Shown here: positions 35,484 to 44,498 of the stretch, in pieces
Layout: the number at the start of each line of letters is the position of its first letter
How positions within the stretch are numbered: position 1 is the stretch's first letter
IMG/VR virus record: IMGVR_UViG_3300020219_000016
Span: 7,915-71,914 of that record
From: a virus
DNA length: 64,000 bases
Direction: 5' to 3' (one strand)
The notes under the pieces: model-generated
Database searches by the model: none
What the model saw: the letters and a program-made list of their open reading frames with translations, nothing else
Told to the model about the DNA's origin: nothing
Translations under genes and position numbers: made by a program

Positions 35484-36284
35484 ATGAAATATCTGGAAGA
35501 CGGCAGTGCAGTTGAAGTGGTGGCTGAGATTGAAGCCGGTGTAGTAGTTAAAACGTACTACGAAGACTGGTCTGAGGATGGTGAACCTGACGAGTTTCTT
35601 GGCGATAAATTGACGGTCGTCAAGCGAGTATTCGACAATCCGCCGATGGAGAAAATGTACAAAGAGGTCGCAGAACTGGACCGTCTAGTGTGTGAAACTC
35701 ACAAGGCGCTGGAAGCGGCTAGACTTGATTTGCTAACCGTCCTGAAAGAGCGTGATGCCTTCATGAAAAAGGCGGCGCAGTATCCTGCACTGAAGAATAT
35801 CGAAGACTTTATCGACGGGAAGATAACGCACTATGTCAGGGTGAACGACGGAAGTGTGCAGATACTTGATCGACTCAAGTGGGTCGAAGATGGTAGGACA
35901 CACGCGAATAATCAGCAGTTATTGTCGCTGCACGGAGATTCAAAAGGAAATCTCACGTGGAACCTGAATCAATACTCAGAGCCAAACAGCGGTGGATGGA
36001 CACAAGTTATCCCGTGTCTTTCGAAAGAAGATGCCCTCAGTGTTGCGATACCGTTGGCGCTGGCGGCGCTGGCTTCGGCTCAAGATTATTACTTGGAATA
36101 CAGAATCGTTGAGTGCAAAGCACTAGGCATTGAGATTCCGGAGGAGATCACACGTAGGCTTGAGGCATACAAGGTGAAAGGCATCCTTGATGAGGTGGAT
36201 GCAGCCAAGAAAAAAGTGAAGGAATGTGAGTCTCGGCTATTGGCAGTTACAGCGAAAGGTGCTGGTAATGCCAATGTCACCTGA
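35484..36284 (+). CDS. hypothetical phage protein
   Basis: IEDFIDGKITHYV...LLSLHG.S.G.L.W.LNQY. Confidence 0.7.
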   Translation: MKYLEDGSAVEVVAEIEAGVVVKTYYEDWSEDGEPDEFLGDKLTVVKRVFDNPPMEKMYKEVAELDRLVCETHKALEAARLDLLTVLKERDAFMKKAAQYPALKNIEDFIDGKITHYVRVNDGSVQILDRLKWVEDGRTHANNQQLLSLHGDSKGNLTWNLNQYSEPNSGGWTQVIPCLSKEDALSVAIPLALAALASAQDYYLEYRIVECKALGIEIPEEITRRLEAYKVKGILDEVDAAKKKVKECESRLLAVTAKGAGNANVT

Positions 36285-36486
36285 TGAGAAGTTTATAGCA
36301 GACTTCATCGCCATCGCGCGGGAGCGGATTGGTCTGTGCGAAACATCGGCAGAACTTGCGGCGTTCGGTCAAGAAATCGCGGATTCGATGAAAGAACTCA
36401 GCATCAGATCGAATCAGTTGACGCCGATGCGACCGGCGTATTTGGCTCGAAACAAGATACTAATCGAGCGTGAGGCTAAGGAGTGA
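36268..36486 (+). CDS. hypothetical protein
   Basis: Tiled ORF. Confidence 0.55.
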   Translation: MPMSPDEKFIADFIAIARERIGLCETSAELAAFGQEIADSMKELSIRSNQLTPMRPAYLARNKILIEREAKE

Positions 36487-37097
36487 ATGTCATGGATGCT
36501 GGGCGTGAACGAATGGTGCGGATCGTCGGGGAAAGGTATGCAGACTGCGACTTTTCCACGTTCAATATTGGTGATGATAACGACACTGAAGATCGACGCC
36601 ATTGCGGGCAGGTTGCGTTTCGTTACGCAGCATTGCTCGAAGAGAACTGTGCAGGGGGCAGAAACCTCGTGTTCTCAGGTCCAAAGGGCACTGGCAAGGA
36701 TCACCTGGCAGTTTCCGTGTTACGGCGGGCGTTATCAAAAGGCATGACTGTCGCGATGGTGAGAGGATCGGTCTTGATGCGTGAAATGCTGGAGGGCATT
36801 AAGTCTGGTGATGGCATAGATCTGAAATACGAGTCGCGCGACATTCTTCTGTTGTCAGACATCGAACCGCGAGCTGACAAAACAGGGTCAACGTTTTTCC
36901 AGGAATCATTGCTGGATCTGATCGACGCACGGTACAGGCAGAATCGCCCAATTATCGTGACGACGAATACAGAGTCACGTGATGAGATGGTGAATGTGAT
37001 TGGAGATCGTGCCGTCGATCGACTGCTGGAAGGTGCTGTGATTATTCGCACAAACTGGGCCTCCTATCGTAATCCAAAGGAGGCGTCTAATGCTTGA
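36483..37097 (+). CDS. dnaC: DnaC/IstB-like AAA+ helicase loader
   Basis: GPKGTGKDHLA, LLLSDI, IDARY...IIVTTN, DRAVDRL. Confidence 0.85.
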   Translation: MNVMDAGRERMVRIVGERYADCDFSTFNIGDDNDTEDRRHCGQVAFRYAALLEENCAGGRNLVFSGPKGTGKDHLAVSVLRRALSKGMTVAMVRGSVLMREMLEGIKSGDGIDLKYESRDILLLSDIEPRADKTGSTFFQESLLDLIDARYRQNRPIIVTTNTESRDEMVNVIGDRAVDRLLEGAVIIRTNWASYRNPKEASNA

Positions 37098-38367
37098 AGA
37101 TGAACTCAGACTACCACCGCAGAATCTGGATGCAGAGCGTGCTGTACTTGGCAGTATGACGATGTCAGAGGAGGCGGCAGAACACGCTGTCACAGTGCTA
37201 TGCGAAAACGACTTCTACAGTCAGCAGCATCGAATCATGTTCTGTGCGATTAAGCGATTGCTGGCAAGTAAGGTGCCGTGTGATCCGGTGACAATCGCGG
37301 ATGATCTCGTGTCAAAGGGTGAGCTTGAGGATGTTGGCGGCATTCCGTATGTGGTTGCCATCATGGAAGCGGTTCCGACATGGGCTCACGTTCGCTACTA
37401 CGCGAATATCGTCAAGCGTGAGTCTGTTCGCAGGCGTATGATTCATCTGATGGTGGAAGGGCAGAACGATGGCTACAACAGCACAGTAGAGCTTGAGCCA
37501 CTGATAACCAGGCTGACGGATGGTCTGGATGACCTGGTAGCTGAGAGATCCACGGAGTTGCAGCCTGTATCGGCAGTCGTGTTGCAGATGCGAGAGGAAC
37601 ATACGAAGCCGAAATATCCGCACGGCACAGGGCTGGAAGATCTGGATCAGATGTTGATGGGCGGTGTGCGTCCTGGACAATTGACGGTGATTGCAGCGCG
37701 GCCTTCGATCGGTAAGACATCGCTCGGAATGCAGTTCGCTGAGTTCGTGTCTAAGAATCAAATCGCGGCGTTGTTTTTCTCTGTGGAAATGTCGGCAGTT
37801 GAGTTGGTAGAGCGCGTGGCAAAGCAGGGTCCAAAGCGAGCGGATGAACTCGCGGCACTGCCATTATTCATCGAGGACAAGTACCTGGATCTGGAAGACA
37901 TCATGAACTGCATCCGGATGGCAAAGCGCCGTCAGATGGTGAAGTTCGTCGTGATTGATTATTTGCAGTTAATTCGAACCAATGACCGGTTGCAAAAGCA
38001 TGAAAAGATCGAGCGATGCACGAATGAACTGAAGCTGCTGGCCAAAGAATTGCGAATCGCGATTGTCGTGCTCGCACAGATCAACAGGCAGAGCGAAAAG
38101 CGAGACGACAAGAAGCCGACACTGGCAGACATCAAGGGCGCTGGTGGAGTGGAAGAGGCGGCTGACGTGGCCATGCTGCTGCATCGTCCAGAATTTTACG
38201 ATCCGGATGATATGCCGGGCGTGGCACAGATCATTGTCGCCAAGAATCGTAATGGTCCGACAGGCACGGTGGATGTGGGCTACGTGAAAGAAAAAACGAT
38301 GTTTGTGCCTTTTAAGAACAGGCCGATTGACGTGAGTGCGTACGAAGGAATTGGAGCGCCGTTCTGA
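37090..38367 (+). CDS. dnaB: replicative DNA helicase
   Basis: PPQNLDAERAVLG, AARPSIGKT, FSVEM, IDYLQL, AQINR, IVAKNRNGPTG. Confidence 0.95.
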   Translation: MLEDELRLPPQNLDAERAVLGSMTMSEEAAEHAVTVLCENDFYSQQHRIMFCAIKRLLASKVPCDPVTIADDLVSKGELEDVGGIPYVVAIMEAVPTWAHVRYYANIVKRESVRRRMIHLMVEGQNDGYNSTVELEPLITRLTDGLDDLVAERSTELQPVSAVVLQMREEHTKPKYPHGTGLEDLDQMLMGGVRPGQLTVIAARPSIGKTSLGMQFAEFVSKNQIAALFFSVEMSAVELVERVAKQGPKRADELAALPLFIEDKYLDLEDIMNCIRMAKRRQMVKFVVIDYLQLIRTNDRLQKHEKIERCTNELKLLAKELRIAIVVLAQINRQSEKRDDKKPTLADIKGAGGVEEAADVAMLLHRPEFYDPDDMPGVAQIIVAKNRNGPTGTVDVGYVKEKTMFVPFKNRPIDVSAYEGIGAPF

Positions 38368-38603
38368 TGTTCGGAGACACGAATAAAGATCCAGAGGATG
38401 ATGAATATGATTCGTTTGACGAGTCAGAGATTTTCGACGATGAACTCGAGGACAACTTCGAGCCAGTGGGTTCATGTGAAGAATGCTGCACGAATCTCTA
38501 TGAGGAAGATGATCCGGAACTGTGCGACCAGTGTTTGTGGGCAGCAACCGGTGGCGATGTGCCAGATGAAGATGACGAAGAGTTTTTCTGTTTGGATTTC
38601 TGA
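38367..38603 (+). CDS. very acidic CxxC protein
   Basis: D/E-rich, CEEC..CDQC. Confidence 0.55.
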   Translation: MFGDTNKDPEDDEYDSFDESEIFDDELEDNFEPVGSCEECCTNLYEEDDPELCDQCLWAATGGDVPDEDDEEFFCLDF

Positions 38604-38621
38604 GTTGCGAGAGGGGCTAGT

Positions 38622-39284
38622 ATGAACGGGTTGATTTTTGATACAGAAGTGAATTCACTGGAACACATGGAACCGGTGGAGGTGGCTCATTGCGTAGTTT
38701 CGCTGGATGATGGAGTTCTGTCAGCAGGTCCGATCATCACTAATCGCTATAAGCCATCTCAGGCATTTGAGATCGGGGCAATCAGCGTGCATCTGATTAT
38801 CCCAGAGGACGTGGTAGACTGTGATGCATCGGACACGGCGACAATTCCAATAACGGAGTATGTGATCGGGCACAATGTTGACTTCGACATGAACGTAATG
38901 AAGATCGATGGACCAAAGCGGATTTGCACGCTGGCGATATGTCGGCATCTGTGGCCAGAAACGAAGTCTCACACATTGACGGCGATGTTTCTGTCCCTGA
39001 TGTTTGTGACTCGCGAAAACATAGAGCGGGTCCGATCTGCGCATGCTGCCGATGCTGATGTAATGATGACGTCTGACATTTTGCGATGCATCCTTGCATT
39101 GACTGACATCCAGACATTTGAGGAATTGTACGTACTTTCTGAGAGGTCAAGAATTCCGACACACATGCCATACGGAAAGCACAAAGGAGAGTTGCTGTCA
39201 AAGGTTCCTCGGGATTACAAGCAGTGGCTGCTGAAGCAATCGGACGTAGACCCGTATTTACGCAAGGCGTTGCAGGATGCGTAA
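38622..39284 (+). CDS. exoX: exodeoxyribonuclease X-like DEDDh 3'-5' exonuclease
   Basis: FDTE, GHNVDFD, ICTL, AH.A.AD, C-terminal MPYGKHKG..VP.DY..WL. Confidence 0.88.
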   Translation: MNGLIFDTEVNSLEHMEPVEVAHCVVSLDDGVLSAGPIITNRYKPSQAFEIGAISVHLIIPEDVVDCDASDTATIPITEYVIGHNVDFDMNVMKIDGPKRICTLAICRHLWPETKSHTLTAMFLSLMFVTRENIERVRSAHAADADVMMTSDILRCILALTDIQTFEELYVLSERSRIPTHMPYGKHKGELLSKVPRDYKQWLLKQSDVDPYLRKALQDA

Positions 39285-39918
39285 ACGATCACTGCGCGAC
39301 TGCATACTGGATGCTTCACCTGATGGCTGGATGCCAGTGGTTGGTTCGTACGTGCTTGTGCCTGCGAAGGCGGTTATTGGTGCGTGGAGTGCGAAGGTTG
39401 TCGCTGTGCATGGCGACATTGTGCGGGTGATCGTGCCGCGATTGAATTACGGTCGGCAAGAATGGATTGCGGGCGATGTTCGTCCGCATCCGTATATGGC
39501 GGAGGTGTTTATGGAATCTACAGACAATGTGCCGCGTGGCGTTCCAACTCTGAACGTGGCGATAAATGCGATGCTCAATAAGAGTCGCATAGACCACGAG
39601 ATGGACGTGGTACGCGCTCGATTTCGACGCGACATGGTAGAGTTGCTGCTGGATGGACCGAAGAAGTCACGGCCAGTCAAGGCGATGTTTCTGGATCTCA
39701 ATGGTCGTGTCTCTGCATTGGATGCAGACGGTCAGTTAATCGATGAACTTCAGGTGTCAGTGATAGAGCTCTGGGCTGAGCACGCAGCACGCAATGGATT
39801 TGACGTGCAAGGCTGCGAAGTGAGAACGATGGTACTAGATGGGATTGCTGGGGCGGGGCCACATGGGACTTTAAACGTGTGTCCGAGTGGAATTCAGATG
39901 AATTGGAATTCGAAGTAA
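39277..39918 (+). CDS. hypothetical protein
   Basis: Tiled ORF. Confidence 0.6.
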   Translation: MRKRSLRDCILDASPDGWMPVVGSYVLVPAKAVIGAWSAKVVAVHGDIVRVIVPRLNYGRQEWIAGDVRPHPYMAEVFMESTDNVPRGVPTLNVAINAMLNKSRIDHEMDVVRARFRRDMVELLLDGPKKSRPVKAMFLDLNGRVSALDADGQLIDELQVSVIELWAEHAARNGFDVQGCEVRTMVLDGIAGAGPHGTLNVCPSGIQMNWNSK

Positions 39919-39946
39919 TTAGACTTAGGCTTTAGGGGGGTTAACA

Positions 39947-41224
39947 ATGAGGCAAACACAACTTGAAAAAGACTTTATCCATTGGCTGCGCGAACGGGCT
40001 AAAGGAGTTGAGCGTCGATTTGGACGTTCGTTCGAGAGTGAGGACGGCGATATGGACGACGACGAGTATTGCGTCGAGTGCATTGGAGAAGTGCAAAAAG
40101 AACGCAAGGCGTCAAAAAATCCTTGCTGTATTATTTATGGATGGGATGAAGCTCCCGAGACAGACAGTGAGCCTCGTTGCGAGAAGTGTGGCTGTGGGCT
40201 GATGTTTTCTCCAACGTCCCATTTCATTAAGGGCAACATTGAGTGGCTCGAAGAAACAAATGAACTAGACGCTGGCGGCGCTGAATTATTGCACGTTTGG
40301 CTTGATGGAATGGGTGACTATTCCCGAGATGAAATGTGGCCGATGATTGCGGCACACGCTAAGCGGATTATGAAACGTGCAGGCATGACGTGTGTTCCGA
40401 ATGGATGGATCACGTTCACTCCATCGGATCAGCATGACTGGTGTAGAAGTTACTCAGTGTGGCTTTCGATCTATCAGCACTTTGCAAGATTGCTGTCAAA
40501 GTGGATTGATACAACAGGCAAAGGTGAACAGGGCTGGCTGTGCGACACGTCCGGCATAAACGTTCGATCGTTTCAGGTAATCGACAGTAAGGAAAAGGCT
40601 GAGAAATGTGTCAGGAAGTTGCTGTCCAGCGCTGGTGAAGACAACGATCGCGGTGACTTCCTGAGAAGCATCAATCTTTGGTCCGGTCAAGAAATGGATA
40701 AGCCAATTCGCATTAAAGATCAGCGATGCGACTGGCCGGAGTTCGGAGTCCGTGGGCGACAACTGAAGGTGTCTCCAAACGAGTTTCATACGGACGCAGT
40801 GATTCTTACTCATTCAAGCATGCAATTGTCGGCATGTGGCAAGTTTTGGCGTTATGAGATGGGTTACAGCGACAATCACTATGAGCCAACTTCATGGTGC
40901 GTGAGTATCAGTCAGAGAGATCAGAAAGAATGGATGAGTCTCCCAGTTTTCATGGATGCCATCGTGTCCTGGAAAGAAGATATCCTGAAACCAGAGGAGG
41001 AAACTCGCAAATATCGAGGCTACTATGGTGATTGGGATGCCGTCCATGACTCTCTGAGGAGGCTGTTTTACTTCCCGATGGGTGAGCACTATCTGGGCGT
41101 CGAACTGACTGATCAATTTATGAACATCAAGGGGTATGCCAGTACGAAACATCGTGTTGAAATGAATCGAAGAAAACTGTCGATTTTGGAGTCGTGGATC
41201 AAGCAAGCATTGGAGATAAAATGA
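39947..41224 (+). CDS. hypothetical protein with CxxC pairs
   Basis: 425 aa ORF, CVEC..CEKC. Confidence 0.7.
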   Translation: MRQTQLEKDFIHWLRERAKGVERRFGRSFESEDGDMDDDEYCVECIGEVQKERKASKNPCCIIYGWDEAPETDSEPRCEKCGCGLMFSPTSHFIKGNIEWLEETNELDAGGAELLHVWLDGMGDYSRDEMWPMIAAHAKRIMKRAGMTCVPNGWITFTPSDQHDWCRSYSVWLSIYQHFARLLSKWIDTTGKGEQGWLCDTSGINVRSFQVIDSKEKAEKCVRKLLSSAGEDNDRGDFLRSINLWSGQEMDKPIRIKDQRCDWPEFGVRGRQLKVSPNEFHTDAVILTHSSMQLSACGKFWRYEMGYSDNHYEPTSWCVSISQRDQKEWMSLPVFMDAIVSWKEDILKPEEETRKYRGYYGDWDAVHDSLRRLFYFPMGEHYLGVELTDQFMNIKGYASTKHRVEMNRRKLSILESWIKQALEIK

Positions 41225-41784
41225 ACACAATGGTCGTTGGGGTCGATGCGTCTCTGAGTTGCACGGGTATCGTGGTTGGTGATAGCCCGCAGTCATTTAT
41301 TGCCAGCGCGGTGAAGATCAAGCCAATGGGCAAGGATATGCGAAACAAGTTCATCCGACTGAAGACGATCGTGAACTGGGTGATGGAGCATTTGAAGGAC
41401 GTGCAAGAGCCGATCATCTTCATTGAAGGGTACGGGTTCGCGTCTCAGTCGGCAGTGGCGCAAGCTGAGCTTGGCGGGATGCTGCGAGTTGGGTTGCTGT
41501 CCGTATTGGGTGAACATGGTCGGCTGATTGAAGTGCCACCGACAAGCATCAAGTTGTTCGTGGCTGAGCATGGACACGCGAAAAAGCCAATGATCGCTGA
41601 GTGGGTGAAGAAACGCTGGGACGTGGCATTCAAGACGGATGATGAATGCGATGCGTACGGGATCTGGCGCTTCGGGCGGGCGTATTTGGGGATCGACACT
41701 GGCTTGTCAGCGAAGCAGGCTGAGAGCGTGGACAAGGTGAAAAACCCAAAATGCAAGGTGCGTAAGATAAAAAAAACTGCGTAA
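41221..41784 (+). CDS. ruvC: RuvC-like Holliday junction resolvase
   Basis: VGVDASLSCTG, IEGY, ELGG, DDECDA. Confidence 0.85.
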   Translation: MNTMVVGVDASLSCTGIVVGDSPQSFIASAVKIKPMGKDMRNKFIRLKTIVNWVMEHLKDVQEPIIFIEGYGFASQSAVAQAELGGMLRVGLLSVLGEHGRLIEVPPTSIKLFVAEHGHAKKPMIAEWVKKRWDVAFKTDDECDAYGIWRFGRAYLGIDTGLSAKQAESVDKVKNPKCKVRKIKKTA

Positions 41785-41805
41785 AGTGTTTGTTCCATCG
41801 TATGT

Positions 41806-42246
41806 GTGGTAAATCGGAGGTGTTTTGTGATAACGTTAGAAGTGGCGTTGAAGTATTCGTTGGATTTGACTGCGTTGCAGGTTGAATCGGATTCGATCAA
41901 TGGCAAGAGCACTGACGTGCTTGAGGTGTTTAGCGCAGCATTGGAATTGCTTGGCTGGGAACCGAATGAACAACCGGTTACTGCCAAGGCGGAAGTTGCT
42001 GCGTCGCCTGAGATAACCATTGAGTCGATCGAGCCATCCACTGATTTGTACAAGGAAGGCGACATCGTCGAAACCCGTTGCGGTGAGCACGCAATAATTA
42101 TCGGACGGAACCAGAGTGGTGGTTACATCGGACACACGAACGCAAACTACCTTGCGTGGGACAGTAATGGGTTTTTATTTTGCAGCGATTTCGAACACCC
42201 AAAAGATCTGGTGCGTCGGATCGGGCGAGTTTGCGATTCAAAGTGA
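41806..42246 (+). CDS. hypothetical protein
   Basis: Tiled ORF, start uncertain. Confidence 0.55.
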   Translation: MVNRRCFVITLEVALKYSLDLTALQVESDSINGKSTDVLEVFSAALELLGWEPNEQPVTAKAEVAASPEITIESIEPSTDLYKEGDIVETRCGEHAIIIGRNQSGGYIGHTNANYLAWDSNGFLFCSDFEHPKDLVRRIGRVCDSK

Positions 42247-42271
42247 ACGGTCTTGTGTATTTGCGAATTGA

Positions 42272-42283
42272 CGTATATGTTAT
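42272..42283 (+). promoter_or_regulatory. recurrent promoter-like motif
   Basis: CGTATATGTTAT. Confidence 0.55.
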
Positions 42284-42297
42284 GCCGTGACGTGTGC

Positions 42298-42387
42298 TTT
42301 TAACGAAACGATCACCCGGCAACGGGAGGAGAATAACCATGAGTGAAACCGAACTACCGTTGCTCGGCGTGCATCGCCTTGTTAGCT
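42298..42387 (-). mobile_element. attC-like recombination site, copy 1
   Basis: Minus strand CTAAC-AAGG-CGAT-G-CAC-GCCG-A-GCAACGG...CCGTTGC-CGGGTG-ATCG-TTTC-GTTA with extrahelical bases. Confidence 0.65.
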
Positions 42388-42497
42388 GCGATTCGATGGT
42401 GGGAGTGCCGTACAAGAAGGACTTCCTGCCGATTCTTCTTGTATCAAAAGAACAGCAGATATTGGCGAAAGATTACAAGACGGCGGCTGATCAGTAA
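42339..42497 (+). CDS. small cassette-like ORF starting inside attC-like site
   Basis: GGAGGAG RBS + ATG in hairpin loop; ends TAA-C. Confidence 0.55.
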   Translation: MSETELPLLGVHRLVSCDSMVGVPYKKDFLPILLVSKEQQILAKDYKTAADQ

Positions 42498-42535
42498 CCA
42501 TGTTAGTGACGTAGGTTTAACCTCGGAGTATTTGT

Positions 42536-42844
42536 ATGAAGAATTTGGAAGCATTCAAGACATCATTTGTTCGTTTGACGGCTGTCTTCGGCCAGCCTGT
42601 GTTCGCAGACAAAGGTTGTATCAGGGATGAAACGTTCGCGGAATACGTTCGTGCGATGGGTGTGTATGAAAGTGTGAGCGATGATGATATTTCGAAGGCG
42701 ACAGATTTCATCATCAACTATGGTCTGGCGTTTCCTTTTCCTGTGCAGTTCGTCAATGCGGTTTTTCAATTGAGAAATGAAGCGGCAGAGGATTTGAAGG
42801 AAGCTGCGAAGGCTGCTGCGAAGGCTGCGACAGTCAAAAGTTAA
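42536..42844 (+). CDS. hypothetical protein
   Basis: GGAG RBS. Confidence 0.65.
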   Translation: MKNLEAFKTSFVRLTAVFGQPVFADKGCIRDETFAEYVRAMGVYESVSDDDISKATDFIINYGLAFPFPVQFVNAVFQLRNEAAEDLKEAAKAAAKAATVKS

Positions 42845-42879
42845 TCAGGCTGAAATGTCCTGTAGTTTAGGATCATGCC

Positions 42880-43407
42880 ATGCGAATCACCGAAGAGATA
42901 CCAGACACAGACCATGCGTACGGCGCGTGTTACGACACAGACTTAGTCTATCGATACGCGATGTGGCGTAGTTGGCAGCCGCGTATTCGTCCCGAACAGA
43001 TGGTGGCGTTCATTGGCGTCAATCCACCAGTTACGGATGAGTCTGAAAAAGACGCCACTCATTCCCGCTGTGTCAACTTAGCGAAGCGTTGGGGATACGC
43101 TGGCGTCGTGCTGGTGAATCTGTTCGCTCTTTGCGTAACCAAGCCGATGGAGCTCAAGCGAGATACCGTACGTGATCCTGTGGGGCCAGAGAATGACGAG
43201 ATGCTGGAGTCGATCGCATTTACTTGTCCGCAGATCGTTTTGGCGTGGGGTAATCATGGCGGTTTTCTGAACCGGGATTGTGAAGTGATTGCGATGCTGA
43301 ATCAAAACGCGGCTGGAAAGATCGTACACCTCGGATTGACGACGGCAGGATTTCCGAAACATCCGCAGTACGTCAGGGATACCGTGAAGCGCACCCCGTG
43401 GTTTTAA
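42880..43407 (+). CDS. DUF1643 family protein
   Basis: YRY..WR.W, FIGVNP...D.T..RC, VNLFA, VGPEND, AWG.HG, G.PKHP.Y. Confidence 0.85.
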   Translation: MRITEEIPDTDHAYGACYDTDLVYRYAMWRSWQPRIRPEQMVAFIGVNPPVTDESEKDATHSRCVNLAKRWGYAGVVLVNLFALCVTKPMELKRDTVRDPVGPENDEMLESIAFTCPQIVLAWGNHGGFLNRDCEVIAMLNQNAAGKIVHLGLTTAGFPKHPQYVRDTVKRTPWF

Positions 43408-43416
43408 GCGTGGTCG

Positions 43417-43441
43417 AAAACTGCTTACCAGAAAGCACTTT
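43417..43441. promoter_or_regulatory. 26-bp palindrome copy 3
   Basis: AAAACTGCTTACCAGAAAGCACTTT. Confidence 0.65.
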
Positions 43442-43461
43442 AGTGTTTTAGGAGTTAAAAC

Positions 43462-44373
43462 ATGAGGTTATTCGCGATTCTGTTGCTGAGTTGTGCGTCA
43501 ATTCTGGCAGACGAGCCTGATTTGGTGGGTGAGCGGTACACGTCGGCATCGTGTGTGCCGTGTCGGCGTTACGAGACGAATGAGCAGAGTCGCGTGACGT
43601 TCGAGTTTGCTGTCGTAAATACAGACAGTAAGCAGGGCTGCGAGCAGGCTGCGAGGTTCAAGGTTACTAAGGTTCCGGCGTTCATCATTCGCGACAAGCA
43701 TGTGGGTACAGTTATTGCCAGGGCGGATGAGTTTCAGACGGCTGAACAGATCAATGCACTGGTTAAAAAGGCGAGTGCTGACCGTCTGGCGCGAGTGAAA
43801 CACAATGAGGCGTTGCTTAAAACTGCCAGCGTTCGTATCACTCACACTGTAGGGTACAGCCGTGCGTGCGGCAGTGGCACGATTATCCGGGTAAGAAACA
43901 AGCGGGCGTGGGTATTGACGGCGGCACATTTGTTTCCGGGTGACGGAGCGATTACGGTTGAGCCTGTGCATCAGCAGGCAGGTAAGCGGTACGTCGGTTG
44001 CATCGTGGTGCATGACAGCATTAAAGATTTGGCCGTGATCAGATTTGATGCCGACGCTGATCTGCTGGCGCTGGAAGACATTGGCACGGCGACGACAGGT
44101 AGTGGATCTGTGGTCGTGTGCGGCTACCCAGGTGATTGGTCGGTATTTCGTAGGTTGGATACCAAGATGCTTCGGCTATCACTGGCGGATGGGTTGCCGA
44201 TCGTCGTAACACAGGGTGATGTTGAGTCGGGAACAAGCGGAGGTGCGTTGACGTTGCACGGGACGATCGTCGGCGTGGTGTCGTGCGTTGATAGAGCAGC
44301 GAAGGAGACATACTGCCCGAACGGTGACAGCATCCAGGCGATTTTGTCACAGGTTGAGTTCCCGAAAGACTGA
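43462..44373 (+). CDS. secreted thioredoxin-like + trypsin-like serine protease
   Basis: Signal peptide, SCVPC, VP.F; protease triad LTAAH / DLA / GTSGG. Confidence 0.85.
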   Translation: MRLFAILLLSCASILADEPDLVGERYTSASCVPCRRYETNEQSRVTFEFAVVNTDSKQGCEQAARFKVTKVPAFIIRDKHVGTVIARADEFQTAEQINALVKKASADRLARVKHNEALLKTASVRITHTVGYSRACGSGTIIRVRNKRAWVLTAAHLFPGDGAITVEPVHQQAGKRYVGCIVVHDSIKDLAVIRFDADADLLALEDIGTATTGSGSVVVCGYPGDWSVFRRLDTKMLRLSLADGLPIVVTQGDVESGTSGGALTLHGTIVGVVSCVDRAAKETYCPNGDSIQAILSQVEFPKD

Positions 44374-44417
44374 TGATTTCGAAAGTTTGCCAAAAATTGG
44401 CAGAAAGGCCAATAATC

Positions 44418-44453
44418 ATCTGCGGCGTGGTCGAGATTTATCGTATATGTCAG
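44418..44453 (+). promoter_or_regulatory. recurrent promoter-like motif
   Basis: ATCTGCG-N17-CGTATATGTCAG. Confidence 0.6.
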
Positions 44454-44498
44454 AGTGGTGTGTTGATTATCTTCGAGGCATGTTCTGGGGGAACAGTG

